A stretch of DNA of 64,000 bases from Eledone cirrhosa (lineage: Eukaryota): NCBI GenBank assembly GCA_964016885.1, contig OZ024750.1:51460001-51524000 (forward strand). Direction: 5' to 3'. Within the stretch, counting starts at the first letter, position 1. Each line of letters opens with the position of its first letter. The notes below the pieces were generated by a model. It was not told the origin of the DNA. It was given only the letters and a program-made list of their open reading frames with translations, and did not search any database. The position numbers and the translations under genes are program-made. This document shows, piece after piece, positions 52,216-64,000 of the stretch.

Positions 52216-52831
52216 TCTACCGATAGTGCCAATCCACCGAATGAAGCGCTGTTTGCAACAGAAGCACAAATAAACAGAATCTACAGTGGTGCCATCTGAT
52301 GGTTACTTACGGCTCTTAAAATTGCATTACGTGCAATTGTAGGTGCACACTCTCTGCTGGAGCTCAACTTTGGTATATGTTACGGGGGCTGAATATACCT
52401 CTAACTGGCAGGAAGGTATACGTTCCTTTGTCACTAACTAGTACAAGCTGGATATTGTAGTTATTAACAAGAAGAAACGCCCGTTACTTACACCAAGCTG
52501 CTTTATAAATAAGGTCCACTCACACTACATCTTAAATTGTCTTAAATTATTACAAAAAATTGAAGTCTGCTATATGAGTTTTCTTCGCTTGCTTCCCATT
52601 ATCTGAACCCGTTTAATGGGAGTTTCGGTCTTAAATTTGCGAGGATAGTCTCAGTTGATTCAATGTTATTTACACTTTCAATAGTGACGTAGTTGCATAT
52701 TTCCATGAAGCAAATCGTCGTTGTTGTTTGATACCACTTATAACTGATGACAAAACTATGACAAAAGGCGTCCCAGCCATGATCATCCTGACTTCTATTA
52801 TTCATGTAATGTATTACATAATATAGTCAGG

Positions 52832-52907
52832 GATCGTTTAGCTAATGGGTCAGAGCGTTCAGCTGAAATTTGTGAGGTATGAAGTTCGAATCTTTGTAGC
52901 GGCTGCT
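52832..52907 (+). pseudogene. Degenerate tRNA-like sequence or SINE head
   Basis: TAGCTAATGGG (A-box-like), ctGAAat loop, GTTCGAATC, downstream T-run; the stems pair poorly. Confidence 0.4.
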
Positions 52908-53384
52908 AGCCCCTTTTTCTGTCAAGAAAATTGACCCTATTTTCTAAACAATCGACCGTAGTTACCCTTATTTTCTGCCTTTGAGATTTCTACGTTTTCT
53001 AATAATTTATGTCATATGTTTTAGTTTTTTCCAAACAAAAGTGTGGAATTTGAGGGAGATTTGGTTACTATGTCTAGGATGTCAAATGACCACATAATAG
53101 ATCCCTTATTGGTTCGTGGCGCAAATCGTTGTTGTTTTGCTTAGGGTCTGCCCAGATCGTGAAAGGGGCCTATAATCAAAAGTGTTCCAGCTGTGACCAT
53201 CACATATTCTTGTAAGCAGAGATACACACGGCTTTGTCACACATTGTGTCACAATGATTCAGTTTAAAATTACGTTAAGGGTACACGTGTTTGTGGCATA
53301 CCCAGCCACTTATACAATAATTTAACGAGGCGGAGATTCAGTTGATCGAAACAAACAGCTGAACGTTCAGCATCATCTTCATCA

Positions 53385-53605
53385 ACTCCCTCTCTTTCTC
53401 TCTCTCTCTCTCTTTCTTTCTCTCTCTCCCTCTCTCTCTCCCACGCACACTCTCTCTCTCTCGCTCCCTCTCTCTCTATCGCTCTCGCTCTCTCTCACAC
53501 TCTCTCTCTAACAACTGATTGTTTAATATCGATTCATCATCATCATCACCAACATCAATAACATCATCATTATAATTATTAACCTCATCCTCATCTTCAT
53601 CTTTC

Positions 53606-53640
<35 letters not shown>

Positions 53641-53835
53641 CTTCCATTTCTCTCTCTCTGTCTCTCACTCTTTCACTATCTCTCTCTCCCTTTCCTTTTC
53701 TCCCTTCTCTCTATCTCACTCACTCTTTCACTCTCTATCTCTATTACATTCTTTCTCTCCTCTCTCTTACTATCTCTCTCTTTCTTCTCTCTCTTTCTCT
53801 CTACCTTTCTATCTGTCTATCTTTCTATCTTTCTA
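53385..53835. repeat. (CT)n/(ATCT)n/(CAT)n low-complexity tract
   Basis: Direct reading. Confidence 0.85.
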
Positions 53836-54192
53836 ATATGACATCTTTATAAATGATATTTTCCTGTAAATTACACATTTGAAGAAGAAAAACAAAATAA
53901 GACCAATTCACTCACGTAGTTAACATCGTCAAAAATATTCGATTATGAGAAAAATTCAATTATTTCTTTACTTTATTATATTAGGCTTCATATTTGCAAG
54001 TTAGTTAACTGTGTTAGGAATTGAGTTAAATTTAGACAAGTACTTATGGAATAAATAGGAACTATTTTAGTCCCGGAATAACGAAGCTGGAATTTCTACC
54101 GTCGTTTTGGAGATTGATCAAACCTATTAAATATTAAGGTGAAAGTTGTACCGTCCTGTTAGAGGTTGTTCAATCATCTGGCAGGAAAGTAT

Positions 54193-54235
54193 ACGATGCT
54201 GACGATAGCTAATAAGCTTGAAACTAGTACATCGT
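54193..54235 (+). ncRNA. Minimal hammerhead (ACUAGU family)
   Basis: ACGAUG-CUGACGA-UAGCU(AAUA)AGCUU-GAAA-CUAG-UA-CAUCGU. Confidence 0.75.
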
Positions 54236-54463
54236 TCCTTTGTCAGTGTTGAACAAAAGGGCAACGATGGTTGCTAAATACTGTACGGCTTAATTCGGGA
54301 TGTTGGTTTACAAACAAACCGAGCATTATAATAAATGTTCGGTAAACCCATACGTACATATATATGTATGTGCATGTATGTGTATATATACATACTACTG
54401 TACGTCTGTAACCATATATGTATGTACGTGTACATACGTATATATATATATATATATATATAT

Positions 54464-54671
54464 ATAGGAACCAGTAAGACCCCGACAGCTGAGCTCAAGC
54501 CGTTTCGACGGCTAATTCTGGACTAGAATTCGAGTCCAGAATTAGCCGTCGAAACGGCTTGAGCTCAGCTGTCGGGGTCTTACTGGTTCCTATTACCCAC
54601 TCTACTACCCCAAGTATTGAGTACTTTGGTGCGTTATGGTCCACCTGGTTCCTTACCACATTTCCTTCGTT
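54464..54671 (+). repeat. Fold-back palindrome element containing a hammerhead 3' half
   Basis: Hairpin 54464-54593 with arms of about 60 bp; paralog of 20985. Confidence 0.8.
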
Positions 54672-54686
54672 ATATATATATATATG

Positions 54687-54753
<67 letters not shown>

Positions 54754-54948
54754 ATGTGTGTGTTTGTGAGTGACAACTCACATCCATGCAGGTAGCTGGC
54801 CTCCTCCAAGGTGTATCTCGTTGGAGGTGGATTGAGTGATTTAATGATAGGGACCCCAGTCCTATCATCTCATTTCTACAGCTGAGTAAACTGGAACAAC
54901 GTGAAATAAAGTGTCTTGCTCAAGGAAACAACGCATCACTCTGTCCGA

Positions 54949-54990
<42 letters not shown>

Positions 54991-55007
54991 CCTAACGATC
55001 GACTTTC

Positions 55008-55071
<64 letters not shown>

Positions 55072-55432
55072 ATATAACACAACAGAAGTCCGACGAGCTT
55101 CTGATTCCAGAATCGGACCCGTCAATCCTGAGCTGATCAATCGCGAACCGCGCGTCACACCTCAATAAATGTAATCGAGGTCTAACACGTATATGTATAT
55201 ATATATATATGTATATATATATGTATATATATATATATGTATGTATATATACACACCCGTTTATATTTATCTATCTATATATATATACATATATATATAC
55301 ATATATCAAATCATATATTTTGTCTGATCAAAACGTACTTAAACAACACAGTACGTTTGAAATATGTATAATAAAGTATATATTTTGATTATGTGAATAC
55401 TTTTCATTTGTTAGCATTTTGAATAATATATG

Positions 55433-55483
<51 letters not shown>

Positions 55484-55579
55484 AAATAATGGAAATGAAA
55501 AAGATTTTTTCAGTGAAATATCAAAACATTAATTTATTTACAATACCCGTTTCACCATTATATGCACTGTCAATTGCGG

Positions 55580-55672
<93 letters not shown>

Positions 55673-55770
55673 AAAGAACACAAGAGCGTCTACAACATCA
55701 AAAGATTTTTATTGGCTTACAATGTTTCTTCCTTACGTAACCAGTTGCAATTTCGATTTCATCTCTTTTT

Positions 55771-55808
<38 letters not shown>

Positions 55809-55917
55809 AGATAAGCAGAACAAGTAAAATTCAACCAATTTTTCAAAATAAATCAGAATTAATTTACAATTAAGATTATTCAAAATTAAAAAATATAATA
55901 TAAATATTTACCTTTTC

Positions 55918-56007
55918 AAATGGCCCTTACTGTACAGTTTCATGCTGCAAAACATTAAATATCACATGGATATTAATGGAAAAGCAAAGATCATCAGAGA
56001 AGCATTT
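55918..56007 (-). ncRNA. Hammerhead with palindromic stem III, inside a 72-bp inverted repeat (55803-55874 / 56153-56224)
   Basis: aaaugcuucu-CUGAUGA-[partly paired stem II]-GAAA-CUGUACAG-UA-agggccauuu. Confidence 0.65.
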
Positions 56008-56320
56008 TCCTTTCCTAGGGTTAAAAACCCCAGGAACGATAAAATATATGACCACACTCCAACTAATACAGGTCTGAAAGGTCGTGAAAGTGACCCATAA
56101 ATACGTTGGTCTATAGTGAAGGCGGGAAATCGTAGACTTGTTGTCTATGTTCGCTTAATTGTAAATTAATTTTGATTTATTTTGAAAAATTGGTTGAATT
56201 TTACTTGTTCTGCTTATCTTGATATTAAGGTCTGGTATATCAAATTATTACCATAGAACCACCTTGAATCATAGACACCCTATGTATTTCTGGGGGTACA
56301 TTGTATCCTCAGATATATTA

Positions 56321-56421
<101 letters not shown>

Positions 56422-56468
56422 GGAGGAATAGGTAATGGAAGGAAGGATGGTGGAATGGTCATATATAA

Positions 56469-56509
<41 letters not shown>

Positions 56510-56834
56510 AAGTGAGTCCTCATCAGTGACCCTCCAACCGTCCTCGGCATTTCATCGCTTTAAGGGCCATATGCCTCAGGTTGGTGCGAACAACGGCTAA
56601 AAAAAGTCGTTGGGACACGTAAATAAAGGGGGACATTAGAGTAACAACAAAAGGGTTATAGCAACGGAAAGTGAGTAGAAATAGACAAGTCCCAGATCTC
56701 TATGAATATAAACTCTGTGAAATCGTGAACAAGAGACGAAAGACCATCGAACCTGGTAGAAATGTGAGCAAGGAAAGAATTTCGCCCAAGTTCGACAGGG
56801 GGGAAAAAGGAGAGAGAGAGAGAGAGAGAAAGAG

Positions 56835-56893
<59 letters not shown>

Positions 56894-57232
56894 ATCAGCC
56901 GAAATACGATTCTCGTTGAATTATATTTATATATATATATATATGTGTGTGAATGTATATATCTGTGTGTGTATGTGTGCGTGCGTGTGTGAGTGTTATG
57001 TGTGTGTGTGTGTTTGTGTGGGTAAGAGAGAGAGAGAGAGGTGTGTGTGGTGTATGTACAGGAATTAATTCTTGATATATCATACTTATCTTCCTTCTCC
57101 TTGTTGCGTTTGACAGCGGCTAGGGTTCTTCTTTCTATTCTCAGAGAACGTAATTTCAATAAATAATTTATCGTGTACACGTTAGTAAATACACACACCT
57201 TTAACATATATATATGTGTGTGTATATGTGTG

Positions 57233-57289
<57 letters not shown>

Positions 57290-57308
57290 GTGTATGTGTA
57301 TGTGTATA

Positions 57309-57342
<34 letters not shown>

Positions 57343-59244
57343 TGTGTAAGTGTATGTGTATATGTATGTGTGTGTGTGTGTGTGTAATTTATAAAGATAT
57401 GGCGGAACTATATTGCCTTTGATTTGATGTTTAACTTTTGGAGATATTTGCCGTCGGTTGTTTTGAGGAGAAGGATTCTGAACTTGAAAATACTAAACAA
57501 CCTTACACCGCGCATTAGTTTAGCATTCGTCTGACAGCAACAGATTAACTATTTCTAAACTGTCTATATCTCTTCACAAGTTTTGTTTTCATGCAGCCAA
57601 ATGTACTGGGCATCGGAAATTGAGCAACGTGTATAATCTGTCATCGCCTGAAAGGTTAAACTACTTGAAACTGCTGCATATAAACAGGAAATGAAGCTCT
57701 CTTGTATGAGAGACTGGATGCCGTTTACACGATAAACACGATCTTCAGTTTCCCTTCTCTCTTTCGATGGAGCCACATCTTGATCGAAAATAGATGTGAA
57801 ACAGGTGTACAAGACATTTCAATTTACTGTTGAACTGTCTTCATAGGATTGAGGAAAATACATATATTCCTCGTTATATTATAATCTGTTAATCAGTGCC
57901 ATTAGTTTGATGATCCCAGTATTACACATGACGTCCAGTAATTGTGTTCAAGCCCGTACCCAGGAACTGGTAACATTCCTATCAAAATACTTTCAACGGG
58001 GAGTTGATTTCAAAATTGTTGGAAACAAAGTATTGTACCATAAATACGTCAAGCATATAATTATATTCCCTTCTACATTAGATCTTCATATTCCGGTGGA
58101 ATAAAAGTATCACCGCCGTCATATACGGTGTGTTTGGGGCAATTAGACCTAGGTGGGTCCATTAACATCCAGGTATCCCCACAGCGAATTCCTTTCAGAA
58201 AGAAACAATGAAAAGGAAAGAAAGAAAAACGTATTGGAATCATACTTTATTTATCGAACTCGGAAACACGAAGAGCACAGTTGACTGCGATCGGATTTGA
58301 AATCTGAACACATAAAACTGGATTAAATACCGCAAATCATTTAAAAGGACACAATGAACCTTTTCCCAATACAGCACCTCATCACTATATTGCCCTTGTT
58401 AAAGATATAAAATTCCATAGGCATTGTTGCTGCCACTCAATCAAACATTGCTGTCAATTCTAGACAATATATTTTATGTTTAACATGACATCGTTTATAT
58501 TATCTCTACTGAACCGTACAGTTTCTGTTGCTGTTGTTGTTTAGCCCTAGGTCGAACATAAATGATGTAGCTACTCAAACTCCTTCATATATGCTGCAGC
58601 CTATATAACAGACGGAGGACTTCCCAAGAGATGGAACTGCTATGAGACTGTTTTAAAATATCTATTTCTATTCTATTCAACCACTAAAGCGAAGAACGCA
58701 ATGAATAATCTAATTTCAAGTTAAATGAAAAGAGTAATTTAACGTAAAAATAATTAAGTTTTCAGCTCTAATAAAAAAAAAATGACGCATTAAACAGTCT
58801 AAGTTAACGTATTCTATTTTTCTGAGTGTCTATTTCTGTTTGTTCTCAGTCAAAGAGTATAATACCAACATCTCCAAAATCATATATATTCTGATTTAAT
58901 ATTTACTCTTCTACATAAAGAAATTTTCCGTTGTCTTTCATGTTGGGGAATCCATTGTTACTCTCATTACATCCACTTCAAAGTGCAATTGTTATGTTTG
59001 CGGCATTTTATTTAATTTACTGCAGTTATTCTTAAATTAAATTTATGGCCGCTGCTACTACTACTAAGTCTTCTTCTTTAAGCCATAACTCCTGATTGAA
59101 TCGTAGGAGTGTCGTAGTTTCATGTGGTGTTTCTTGGCTATTTCAAACACTTGGCGGAGCCCAGCTCCTATCCAGATCTAATTTCTTTCAGCGAATGACA
59201 GAAGATGATAGAGAGGGAGAAAGAGAGAGAGAGAGAGAGAATAG

Positions 59245-59403
59245 AATCGATGCCAGTACTGGATATGTACTCTATTTATCGACCTAGAAATGATGAAAGA
59301 CAAAATTGACCTCGGCTAAATTTGAACTCAGAGTGCATCGAGTCGGAACGAATTCCACAAAGTATTCTATCCAAGGTTCTAAAGGTTCTGCCAATTCGCC
59401 GCC
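59245..59403 (-). mobile_element. Old tRNA-derived SINE copy (another fragment at about 58240-58340)
   Basis: Reverse complement of ggcggcgaattggcagaa...ctgagttcaaatttagccgaggtcaattttgtctttcatc...ggtcgataaa. Confidence 0.7.
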
Positions 59404-60701
59404 TCCAAACCAAATAACATTAAAATTGACAAAATTTGTATTCTTTTTAATATTTGTTTATTGCCTTAGGCGACATTATAATGTCATGTCAAGAATTTGA
59501 CAAGTATTATGGAAACATTTTTAGGAAAAGTTTTTTCTCGTTTATTGTATTTTTCCTGTCATTTCTTGCAGATATTTCTCTGTGGGTCGATATGTCACTT
59601 ATTTATTATATTCCTCTCTTATTATAGTAACTACAGCCGTCGCTTGCAATGGAGTATGACTTGGTAGTATATGCCATGCTAATGGTATTAGGTGTCCATA
59701 CAGCCACAAGCAGACATCTTCACGACCCTCCTTCCCTTCCTCCAGTGGAACATCCAAGATATGATATCAGGATGGAAAGAAGACTGCACCAGTAGGGGAC
59801 CGATACTTTCTTTACCGACCCCAAACTGATAAACGCCAAAGAAGACCACGGGGTGATGTGAACTCAGAATGCAGAGACCCAGAACAAATATCCGGCCCTC
59901 TAACGGCCCTACAAAATTAACTTTCTTCCTGTTATGTACACCGTATATGATGGCAGATAATAAAGCCCACACCTAACAAAAGCGGTGAAACAGATATAAT
60001 CAGTGTGTGGGGGGAGGGGATAAGTTGAGTTATAGTTTTGGTTTTCAGGTTGGGGAGACTTGCATGCATGAGCAAATGCTGGTCTTCCCCGTATCATCAT
60101 ACCCACTAGATTTGAGCTGTGGAGAGGAACTCTCCAAATGCATATCCATGGTCAGTAGTGCCAGTGAATTTTCAGGTTTCACGCTCATTAATATTTTCAT
60201 TAGAGAAAACTGGTGTTTTCCAAACTTCTTATTAGGCTTTTATAGATCTAACATGACAGAATGATTAAGAAGTTAGCTTGGCAATCATTGGGTCCTAGGT
60301 TTGATCCCACTACGTGACACCTTCGACAATTAACATTTACCATTGTTTCAAGTAAACCCATGTCTTGTCAGTGGAACTGGGTAGACGGAAACTGGTAGGA
60401 ATACAGTTGGATAGTTTCTACCTTTAATTCAAAGGGCCAGTAGTGTGTGTCACACTGTAACTCTCAGAAAATTACTCAGCCTCTTACTCATAAAATTCGA
60501 GGCCACTCTGTCCCATTGATCGAACAACTGTAACATCCATCGTCGAAACCGACGGAGGGCTATTCCATTTTGTGCTTCAGATTATCATCAACGTCTTAAT
60601 ATTTCTCTCTTTCAGTTTGAATTTTATCTTTGTGTTGGACATTTTAAACAATAAAATAATATGTGTGCAGTGTATATAGCTATATGTTATATGTCACTGT
60701 A

Positions 60702-63700
60702 TGCATAGCTACATTCCATGTGCTATCATGTACACAGCTACGTTCCATGTGCTGTCATGTACATAGCTACATTCCATGTGCTGTCATGTACATAGCTACA
60801 TTCCATGTGCTGTCATGTACATAGCTACATTCCATGTGAATCATGTACATAGCTACATTCCATGTGCTGTCATGTACATAGCTACATTCCATGTGCTGTC
60901 ATGTACATAGCTACATTCCATGTGCTGTGATGTACATAGCTACATTCCATGTGCTGTCATGTACATAGCTACATTCCATGTGCTATCATGGACATAGCAA
61001 CATTCCATGTGCTATCATGTACATAGCTACATTCCATGTGCTGTCATGTACATAGCTACATTCCATGTGCTATCATGTACATAGCTACATTCCATGTGCT
61101 GTCATGTACATAGCTACATTCCATGTGCTGTCATGTACATAGCTACATTCCATGTGCTGTCATGTACATAGCTACATTCCATGTGCTGTCATGTACATAG
61201 CTACATTCCATGTGCTATCATGGACATAGCAACATTCCATGTGCTATCATGTACATAGCTACATTCCATGTGCTATCATGTACATAGCTACATTCCATGT
61301 GCTGTCATGTACATAGCTACATTCCATGTGCTGTCATGGACATAGCAACATTCCATGTGCTATCATGTACATAGCTACATTCCATTTGCTGTGATGTACA
61401 TAGCTACATTCCATGTGCTGTGATGTGCATAGCTACATTCCATGTGTATCATGTACATAGCTACATTCCATGTGCTATCATGTACGTAGCTACATTCCAT
61501 GTGCTGTCATGTACATAGCTACATTCCATGTGCTATCATGTACATAACTACATTCCATGTGCTATCATGTACATAGCTACATTCCATGTGCTGTCATGTA
61601 CATAGCTAACATAGCTACATTCCATGTGTATCATGTACATAGCTACATTCCATGTGCTATCATGTACGTAGCTACATTCCATGTGCTGTCATGTACATAG
61701 CTACATTCCATGTGCTGTGATGTACATAGCTACATTCCATGTGAATCATGTACATAGCTACATTCCATGTGCTATCATTACATAGCTACATTCCATGTGC
61801 TATCATGTACGTAGCTACATTCCATGTGCTGTGATGTACATAGCTACATTCCATGTGCTGTCATGTACATAGCTACATTCCATGTGCTGTCATGTACATA
61901 GCTACATTCCATGTGCTGTGATGTACATAGCTACATTCCATGTGCTGTCATGTACATAGCTACATTCCATGTGCTGTGATGTACATAGCTACATTCCATG
62001 TGCTGTCATGTACATAGCTACATTCCACGTGCTGTCATGTACATGGCTACATTCCATGTGCTGTCATGTACATGGCTACATTCCATGTGCTATCATGTAC
62101 ATAGCTACATTCCATGTGCTGTCATGTACATGGCTACATTCCATGTGCTATCATGTACATAGCTACATTCCATGTGCTGTGATGTACATAGCTACATTCC
62201 ATGTGCTGTCATGTACATAGCTACATTCCATGTGCTGTCATGTACATAGCTACATTCCATGTGCTGTCATGTACATAGCTACATTCCATGTGCTGTGATG
62301 TACATAGCTACATTCCATGTGCTGTCATGTACATAGCTACATTCCATGTGCTGTCATGTACATGGCTACATTCCATGTGCTATCATGTACATAGCTACAT
62401 TCCATGTGCTGTCATGTACATAGCTACATTCCATGTGCTGTCATGTACATAGCTACATTCCATGTGCTGTCATGTACATAGCTAACATAGCTACATTCCA
62501 TGTGCTATCATGAACATAGCTACATTCCATGTGCTATCATGTACATAGCTACATTCCATGTGCTGTCATGTACATAGCTACATTCCATGTGCTGTCATGT
62601 ACATAGCTACATTCCATGTGCTGTCATGTACATAGCTACATTCCATGTGCTGTCATGTACATAGCTACATTCCATGTGCTGTCATGTACATAGCTACATT
62701 CCATGTGCTGTCATGTACATAGCTACATTCCATGTGCTATCATGTACATAGCTACATTCCATGTGCTGTCATGTACATAGCTACATTCCATGTGCTATCA
62801 TGTACATAGCTACATTCCATGTGCTGTCATGTACATAGCTACATTCCATGTGCTGTCATGTACATAGCTACATTCCATGTGCTGTCATGTACATAGCTAC
62901 ATTCCATGTGCTATCATGTACATAGCTACATTCCATGTGCTGTCATGTACATAGCTACATTCCATGTGCTATCATGTACATAGCTACATTCCATGTGCTG
63001 TCATGTACATAGCTACATTCCATGTGCTGTCATGTACATAGCTACATTCCATGTGCTGTCATGTACATAGCTACATTCCATGTGCTGTCATGTACATAGC
63101 TACATTCCATGTGCTATCATGTACATAGCTACATTCCATGTGCTGTCATGTACATAGCTACATTCCATGTGCTGTCATGTACATAGCTACATTCCATGTG
63201 CTGTGATGTACATAGCTACATTCCATGTGCTGTCATGTACATAGCTACATTCCATGTGCTGTCATGTACATAGCTACATTCCATGTGCTGTGATGTACAT
63301 AGCTACATTCCATGTGCTGTCATGTACATAGCTACATTCCATGTGCTGTCATGTACATAGCTACATTCCATGTGCTGTCATGTACATAGCTACATTCCAT
63401 GTGCTGTCATGTACATAGCTACATTCCATGTGCTATCATGTACATAGCTACATTCCATGTGCTGTCATGTACATAGCTACATTCCATGTGCTGTCATGTA
63501 CATAGCTACATTCCATGTGCTGTGATGTACATAGCTACATTCCATGTGCTGTCATGTACATAGCTACATTCCATGTGCTGTCATGTACATAGCTACATTC
63601 CATGTGCTGTGATGTACATAGCTACATTCCATGTGCTGTCATGTACATAGCTACATTCCATGTGCTGTCATGTACATAGCTACATTCCATGTTCTGTCAT

Positions 63701-64000
63701 GTACATAGCTACATTCCATGTGCTGTCATGTACATAGCTACATTCCATGTGCTGTGATGTACATAGCTAGATTCCATGTTCTGTGATGTACATAGCTACA
63801 TTCCATGTGCTATCATGTACATAGCTACATTCCATGTGCTATCATGTACATAATTACATTACATGTGCTGTGATGTACATAGCTACATTCCATGTGCTGT
63901 CATGTACATAGCTACATTCCATGTGCTGTGATGTACATAGCTGCATTCCATGTGCTGTCATGTACATAGCTAGATTCCATGTGCTGTGATGTACATAGCT
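60702..64000. repeat. 29-bp minisatellite running off the window end
   Basis: Unit catgtacatagctacattccatgtgctgt. Confidence 0.98.

Noticed and set aside
52832-52907. Functional tRNA-Phe gene
   Set aside because: Acceptor and anticodon stems do not pair; kept only as a low-confidence relic.
55130-55170. ctgatcaatcgcgaaccgcgcgtc as a hammerhead
   Set aside because: Both core boxes are mismatched and there is no convincing stem I or II.

Overview
Repeat-saturated eukaryotic DNA; the SINE families and dense (TA)n/(ATGT)n tracts suggest a cephalopod (octopus-like) genome, which is an inference. No host gene could be supported. Contents: (1) a near-intact, 5'-truncated Penelope-like element (PLE, minus strand, about 291-4681) inserted in (TA)n. 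It has an upstream ORF joined to RT-ZnF-GIY-YIG across an in-phase U UUU UUA -1 slippery site, and a 3' minimal hammerhead ribozyme (HHR) with a U3-A8 core variant. (2) At least seven further sequence families of HHR-like motifs in short (TA)n-embedded non-coding repeats, several built as fold-back inverted duplications. (3) A decayed RTE-clade LINE and non-autonomous RTE derivatives. (4) Three R4/Dong-like RLE retrotransposon remnants tied to (ATAC)n tracts or GT-rich arrays. (5) tRNA-derived SINEs and a non-autonomous Helitron with a reconstructable A|T empty site. (6) Six large tandem arrays (units of 32, 8, 5, 39/36, 44 and 29 bp; about 27 kb). Most ORFs in the supplied track are repeat artefacts. 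All motifs were read by eye and no alignments or folding were run.
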